NCBI GenBank assembly: GCA_028696805.1 | Contig: JAQVGI010000002.1 | Span: 1 to 32,000 of the forward strand | Source of the DNA: Alphaproteobacteria bacterium | GTDB taxonomy: Bacteria > Pseudomonadota > Alphaproteobacteria > CAAHEQ01 > UBA3637 | Reading direction: 5' to 3' | DNA length: 32,000 bases | Shown here: positions 28,055 to 32,000 of the stretch, in pieces | Layout: every line of letters begins with the position of its first letter | How positions within the stretch are numbered: position 1 is the stretch's first letter | Made by a program: the position numbers and the translations under genes | The notes under the pieces: model-generated | Databases searched by the model: none | The model's input: the letters and a program-made list of their open reading frames with translations, nothing else | What the model was told of the DNA's origin: nothing

Positions 28055-28086
28055 TCCGAATAAAATCCTTGCTCGCGCTATTCGGA
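28055..28086 (+). promoter_or_regulatory. 5' leader hairpin upstream of rpsF
   Basis: TCCGAATA (28055-28062) pairs perfectly with TATTCGGA (28079-28086) just downstream of the predicted promoter. Confidence 0.45.
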
Positions 28087-28164
28087 CGCGGGCTATGTTT
28101 CGGGCGCGGGTTCAAAGGTGGGCCGGCGTATAAACGGAAACGAGAAAATCCATAAGGAGAATAC

Positions 28165-28542
28165 ATGGCTTTTTATGAAAATGTCTTTATCGCGGGTCAG
28201 GATTTGACGCCCGCGAAAGCGACGGATCTGGCCGACAAGTATGCTTCCGTCATCGCGGAGAACGGCGGCAAGGTCGCCCGCCGCGAGGATTGGGGACTGC
28301 GCACGCTGGCCTATCCGATCAACAAGAACCGCAAGGGGTATTACACGCTGATGGCGATCGACGCGCCGCCGGCCGCCGTCGTTGAGATGGAGCGCCTGAT
28401 GCGCCTGGACGAAAACCTGCTGCGCTACCTGACGATCAAAACGGACGCCTTGGAAAAAGGGCCGTCCGTGATGATGGAGCCGAAATCCCGCGGTCGGCGC
28501 GGCGACGACAAATATTCAATCGAAGTGAACGGGGGTATCTGA
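28165..28542 (+). CDS. rpsF: Ribosomal protein bS6
   Basis: MAFYENVFIAGQDLTPAKATDLADKYASVI...REDWGLRTLAYPINKNRKGYYTLMAIDAPP. GGAG ribosome-binding site. Confidence 0.96.
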   Translation: MAFYENVFIAGQDLTPAKATDLADKYASVIAENGGKVARREDWGLRTLAYPINKNRKGYYTLMAIDAPPAAVVEMERLMRLDENLLRYLTIKTDALEKGPSVMMEPKSRGRRGDDKYSIEVNGGI

Positions 28543-28778
28543 TGGCCGAAATCAAAGGAAATTTTTATCGCGCGCGCAAAACGTGCCAATTCTGCACCGA
28601 ACGCGCCAAGGATGTCGATTATAAGGACGTCCGCCTGTTGGGACGCTTTTTAGGCGAGCGCGGCCGCTTGGCGCCGGGACGCGTGTCCGGCATCTGCGCC
28701 GCTCATCAACGCAAATTGGGCAAGGCGATCAAACGGGCGCGCTATCTGGCGCTCCTGCCGTTCGTCAGCCAGGATTAA
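28542..28778 (+). CDS. rpsR: Ribosomal protein bS18
   Basis: TCQFCTERAKDVDYKDVRLLGRFLGERGRLAPGRVSGICAAHQRKLGKAIKRARYLALLPFV. Confidence 0.97.
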   Translation: MAEIKGNFYRARKTCQFCTERAKDVDYKDVRLLGRFLGERGRLAPGRVSGICAAHQRKLGKAIKRARYLALLPFVSQD

Positions 28779-28789
28779 GGAGAACGCTC

Positions 28790-29491
28790 ATGGAAATCAT
28801 TTTATTGGAACGCATCGACCGGCTGGGCCAGATGGGCGACGTGGTCAAGGTCAAAAACGGCTACGCCCGCAACTACCTCTTCCCGCAGAAAAAAGCGCTG
28901 CGCAAGACCAAGGACAACCTGGCGTATTTCGAAACGCGCCGCAAGGAGTTCGAGGCCCACAACGCACAGCTGAAAAAAGCCGCCGAGGAGCTGGCGCAGA
29001 AATTGTCCGGCGCCTCTGTGACGATCATCCGCCAGGCCGCCGAAACGGGGCAGCTGTATGGATCCGTGACGATGCGCGATGTGTGCGAGGCGCTGCGCGA
29101 TGCCGGCTATGCCGTCGAGCGCACGCAGGTCGTCCTGAACGTGCCGTTCAAGAATATCGGCATTTTCGACGTGAAGCTGGCGCTGCATCCGGACGTGTCG
29201 CAAAACGTGCGCGTGAATGTGGCGCGCTCGGAGGAAGACGCCAAGAAGCTGGCGCATGCGCATGAAAAGGCCAAAGCGCAGGCGGAAGCCGAAGCTGTCC
29301 AGGCCGAAGCGGCTGTGATGCCGGAAGCCGCCGAACCCGCGGACGCCGCCGTCGAGGAAAAGCCCGCGAAGGCGAAGCGCGCTTCCAAAAAAGCCGAAGC
29401 GGTCGAAGAAGAGGCCGTAGCGGAAGAAGCCGCAGCCGAAAAACCCGCGAAGGCGAAAAAGGCAACCAAAAAAGCCGAAAAAGCGAAGTAA
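28790..29491 (+). CDS. rplI: Ribosomal protein bL9 with long Ala/Lys/Glu-rich C-terminal extension
   Basis: MEIILLERIDRLGQMGDVVKVKNGYARNYLFPQKKALRKTKDNL; tail KPAKAKRASKKAEAVEEEAVAEEAAAEKPAKAKKATKKAEKAK. Confidence 0.96.
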   Translation: MEIILLERIDRLGQMGDVVKVKNGYARNYLFPQKKALRKTKDNLAYFETRRKEFEAHNAQLKKAAEELAQKLSGASVTIIRQAAETGQLYGSVTMRDVCEALRDAGYAVERTQVVLNVPFKNIGIFDVKLALHPDVSQNVRVNVARSEEDAKKLAHAHEKAKAQAEAEAVQAEAAVMPEAAEPADAAVEEKPAKAKRASKKAEAVEEEAVAEEAAAEKPAKAKKATKKAEKAK

Positions 29492-29507
29492 TGCCGTATT
29501 CGGCGCG

Positions 29508-29539
29508 AAACACCCCCCGAGATTTTCGAGGGGTGTTTT
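29508..29539 (+). terminator. Rho-independent terminator after rplI
   Basis: AAACACCCCcCGAgattttCGAGGGGTGTTTT: strong stem with T tract. Confidence 0.85.
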
Positions 29540-29563
29540 GCAATTGATAACTGATGAATTTTG

Positions 29564-30181
29564 TTATTTATTTTTCAAAAGTTGTGCTATTATGGCATTC
29601 CAACTTTTTTCACTCATGTTAAAATAACAATTAGGACTACTCTTTCCACATTTTTGGAAGGCAAAGCCTGCTAATATCGTCGCTATGATAAAACAACCAT
29701 TGGAAACATAGATATGAGTAGGTTCGGTTATATTAAAAATCTGTTCCATCATATGCTTATAACGATAACTCGTATGCCGACGGTTGAGAGTTTTTGTCTT
29801 GCAGATGTTCATTCGCAACCAATTTGATATTTTCAGCACCAATTCATACTCATTAAAGAGTTTTTCTCGTTCTGTTTGAAAACGCTTTTCCTGATTTAAT
29901 TGAGATTCATTTTCACGAGGGTATATGCCAAAACCGAAATATGTAATCATCGGATTTGAATTTATTATTTTTGAATAATCAAGATACTGTTCAGGTGCCT
30001 GTTGTAATTCGTTCCATTTACTAAATCCAGCCTCTTTAGCTATTATGTGTTGTGCTTTCATTAGGCAGAAATTATCAATATTTTTTAAGTGCTTTCCAAC
30101 TCTAAGTGTTGCGGAATATTTTTGCTTTTTATAATCATTCAGTAAATTTTTTGCTAATTTCTTGAAATAAATAATAGACAT
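29564..30181 (-). CDS. AT-rich accessory ORF, hypothetical protein
   Basis: ATG at 30181 (MSIIYFKKLAKNLLNDYKK...) preceded by AAAGGA. Contains AQHIIAKEAGFSKWNELQQ and C-terminal YRYKHMMEQIFN...YVSNGCFIIATILAGFAF...NCYFNMSEKSW. Composition differs strongly from flanking genes. Confidence 0.65.
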   Translation of the reverse strand: MSIIYFKKLAKNLLNDYKKQKYSATLRVGKHLKNIDNFCLMKAQHIIAKEAGFSKWNELQQAPEQYLDYSKIINSNPMITYFGFGIYPRENESQLNQEKRFQTEREKLFNEYELVLKISNWLRMNICKTKTLNRRHTSYRYKHMMEQIFNITEPTHIYVSNGCFIIATILAGFAFQKCGKSSPNCYFNMSEKSWNAIIAQLLKNK

Positions 30182-30422
30182 AATATTATCCTTTCTTGTC
30201 AATTTAAGTCCATTATCTGTGTGTAATTTCGTTCGTAATTATTTGATTAGATAATAAACTTAAAGTTAAAGGGTAATACTATCTTTTGATATGACAAAAT
30301 CTTTGCACGAACAGCTGGCTATATCACTAGCGCAAAATAAACATAGGATAATAAAAATGAAAAGTCAAGTAAAATATGAATGGGTAAAGAATAAATGTTA
30401 ATTAATTGTTTCATTTGTATCA

Positions 30423-30499
30423 TGGTAGGCGGCGAGAGATTCGAACTCCCGACCCTCTCGGTGTAAACGAGATGCTCTAACCAGCTGAGCTAGCCGCCC
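30423..30499 (-). tRNA. tRNA-Val (anticodon TAC)
   Basis: Reverse strand GGGCGGCTAGCTCAGCTGGTTAGAGCATCTCGTTTACACCGAGAGGGTCGGGAGTTCGAATCTCTCGCCGCCTACCA. Cloverleaf, T-loop TTCGAAT, encoded CCA, loop TTTACAC. Confidence 0.93.
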
Positions 30500-30562
30500 G
30501 CGCGATTTTCCGGCCCTGTGTTCCTTGGTTTCTCCGGCCCTTTGCCCCGCTTTCCGGCATAA

Positions 30563-30593
30563 GAAAAAGGTGGCATAACCATACCACCTTTCT
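30563..30593 (-). terminator. Rho-independent terminator downstream of the HU gene
   Basis: Reverse strand AAAGGTGGtatggttatgCCACCTTTTTC: 8 bp stem plus T tract. Confidence 0.75.
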
Positions 30594-30613
30594 CTTAGGT
30601 TGTCAATATAAAC

Positions 30614-30886
30614 TTAGTTGACGGTGTCTTTCAAGCCTTTGCCGGCGCGGAACTTCGGCTGCTTGCGCGCGGCGATTTTGATCGTGGAGCCCGTGCGCGG
30701 GTTGCGGCCCGTCGTCGCGGAGCGCTTCGTCACATAGAAACGGCCGAAGTTCGTGATCACGACTTCGCCGCCTTTTTTCAGAGAGGCCGTCACGACATCG
30801 ATGAAAGCTTCCAGAGCGCGCCCGGCATCCGCTTTTGTGAAACCGGTTTTGTTGGCCAACGCGTCAACCAATTCTTGTTTATTCAT
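30614..30886 (-). CDS. hup: HU-family DNA-binding protein
   Basis: MNKQELVDALANKTGFTKADAGRALEAFIDVVTASLKKGGEVVITNFGRFYVTKRSATTGRNPRTGSTIKIAARKQPKFRAGKGLKDTVN. Confidence 0.96.
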   Translation of the reverse strand: MNKQELVDALANKTGFTKADAGRALEAFIDVVTASLKKGGEVVITNFGRFYVTKRSATTGRNPRTGSTIKIAARKQPKFRAGKGLKDTVN

Positions 30887-31207
30887 AGTAGACTCCTTTT
30901 CTTTATAAAGTTAAGTTTCTAATGAGCAAGGTTTTTGAGGTCTTGCTGAGGTTCAGCTTAGACTGCTTTTTATGCCAAAGTCAACAACAATTTATGAAAA
31001 AAGATAAAAAAAAGCCCGTAAATCGGACATTTTGGGGCCAAAATACAACCGGATGGTGCATTTTCAGGGCGTTATCGGCACCTGCGGTTGTGTCGGGCGC
31101 GTGGTGCAAAGGCCGGCAGATGCGCGTTTTTTTGGGTTTCGGCCGGCGGCGCCGGATAAAAATGCCTTGCATTTAAGGCGCCGATGCGGTATACTGACGC
31201 CTGCCGT

Positions 31208-31284
31208 CGGGGCGTAGCTCAGCCTGGTAGAGTACTTGGTTTGGGACCAAGGTGCCGTAGGTTCAAATCCTATCGCCCCGACCA
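31208..31284 (+). tRNA. tRNA-Pro (anticodon TGG)
   Basis: CGGGGCGTAGCTCAGCCTGGTAGAGTACTTGGTTTGGGACCAAGGTGCCGTAGGTTCAAATCCTATCGCCCCGACCA. Full cloverleaf with encoded CCA, loop TTTGGGA. Confidence 0.95.
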
Positions 31285-31289
31285 ATATC

Positions 31290-31321
31290 AAAAAGCGGAA
31301 GAATATACTTCCGCTTTTTTT
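31290..31321 (+). terminator. Rho-independent terminator after tRNA-Pro
   Basis: AAAAAGCGGAAG-aatata-CTTCCGCTTTTTTT: 9+ bp stem with T tract. Confidence 0.88.
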
Positions 31322-31462
31322 GTTATCCAATTCCCCTGCAAAGCCCTAGGACAGCCAGGTCTTGGAAATCGTTTTGGTGCAAAGGACCACGAGTGTTTCA
31401 AGGTTATCCCTTTTATATATATACCTTTGCCCAAATATACGTTGGCCAAATTAACTTTTGGA

Positions 31463-31579
31463 AAGAAGCAACAGTTCTCATTGTTTGAAAACCTCGAGCC
31501 GGAAGATGACAAACTTTCCCGAGTTATTGATCAGCTTGAAAACAAATTCGGCTCAGGAATAATTAAAACTGCACGTTAA
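31463..31579 (+). pseudogene. Probable C-terminal remnant of a UmuC/DNA polymerase V-type gene
   Basis: KKQQFSLFENLEPEDDKLSRVIDQLENKFGSGIIKTAR resembles the UmuC C-terminal segment (xLFxx...LMxxxDxLNxxxGxGxxxxA). Upstream in frame is non-coding and tRNA sequence. Confidence 0.45.
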
Positions 31580-31890
31580 TATCCTGCTTCTTGGCAGCGT
31601 TTATTGACTATATTATTGGCGTTACCTTGGATCTTTTCAATTCTTTTTGCTCGGATGCACTCCCATTCTGTTACCGGGTGTTGTTTATCCCAAACGGTTA
31701 GAAGCTGTTTCATCTGCTTGCTGATTTTGAAACGAGGATATTCTTGTTCCATGTAGAAGTATGTTCGGGCAATTACACCTCGTGAAGCAACTGGTGGTTC
31801 TACCTTTTTACCATCAATCTTCATAGCACATGAGCCAAACGTGTTAGGTGTATTTTCCGGTAGTTGTGTAAAATTGTAATTTGAACGTAA
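31576..31890 (-). pseudogene. Truncated or frameshifted endonuclease I (EndA/Dns-like) gene
   Basis: Reverse-strand INALRSNYNFTQLPENTPNTFGSCAMKIDGKKVEPPVASRGVIARTYFYMEQEYPRFKISKQMKQLLTVWDKQHPVTEWECIRAKRIEKIQGNANNIV matches the C-terminal half of endonuclease I. The N-terminal catalytic part is not seen in frame. Confidence 0.65.
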
Positions 31891-32000
31891 TGCATTAATT
31901 TAACCTCTTGTATTACGTAATTCGAATATAAAGACTGAATCATTTCATCAGGCATAGGCGTAAATTTAATATTATTGCTCTCAAGTAACTTAGAGAGCCT

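Noticed and set aside
30922-31176. 84 aa + strand ORF between the HU gene and tRNA-Pro
   Set aside because: No ribosome-binding site, basic low-quality translation, lies in the probable hup upstream region. No support as a gene.
31184-31462. N-terminal part of the 131 aa ORF (MRYTDACRRGVAQPG...)
   Set aside because: It is a read-through of the tRNA-Pro gene and its terminator. Only the last ~38 residues resemble a protein family.
1-32000. CRISPR arrays, tandem repeat arrays, IS elements, toxin-antitoxin or classical defence operons
   Set aside because: I looked for regularly spaced repeats, transposase/integrase/reverse-transcriptase motifs and paired small genes and found none that hold up. 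Most of the window is a conserved ribosomal locus.

Overview
This 32 kb window is dominated by a chromosomal translation locus, probably from an alphaproteobacterium of roughly 60% GC (inference). The + strand carries rpsL-rpsG-fusA-rpsJ-rplC-rplD-rplW-rplB-rpsS-rplV-rpsC-rplP-rpmC-rpsQ-rplN-rplX-rplE-rpsN-rpsH-rplF-rplR-rpsE-rplO-secY-adk-(promoter)-rpsM-rpsK-rpoA-rplQ. tuf is not between fusA and rpsJ, and rpmD is not between rpsE and rplO. To the left are nadK, an exodeoxyribonuclease III-family gene, a secreted HEDYH-motif protein, a CorA/ZntB-type transporter and three poorly characterised genes. To the right are a VirB8-like single-pass membrane protein, a cupin, a long radical-SAM protein divergent from a 2x[4Fe-4S] ferredoxin, rpmI-rplT, rarA, an ASCH-domain gene, rpsF-rpsR-rplI, an AT-rich accessory ORF, tRNA-Val(TAC), an HU gene, tRNA-Pro(TGG), and apparent umuC and endA remnants. 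I see no clear defence system, CRISPR array or intact mobile element. The most interesting pattern is a recurrent promoter layout: at five separate genes a sigma70-like -35/-10 pair ends only 6-7 nt before the predicted ATG, which predicts leaderless mRNAs. Neighbouring genes instead have ordinary Shine-Dalgarno leaders. The orphan radical-SAM protein, with a perfect TTGACA/TATAAT promoter and a divergent ferredoxin, is the best candidate for an undescribed enzymatic function.
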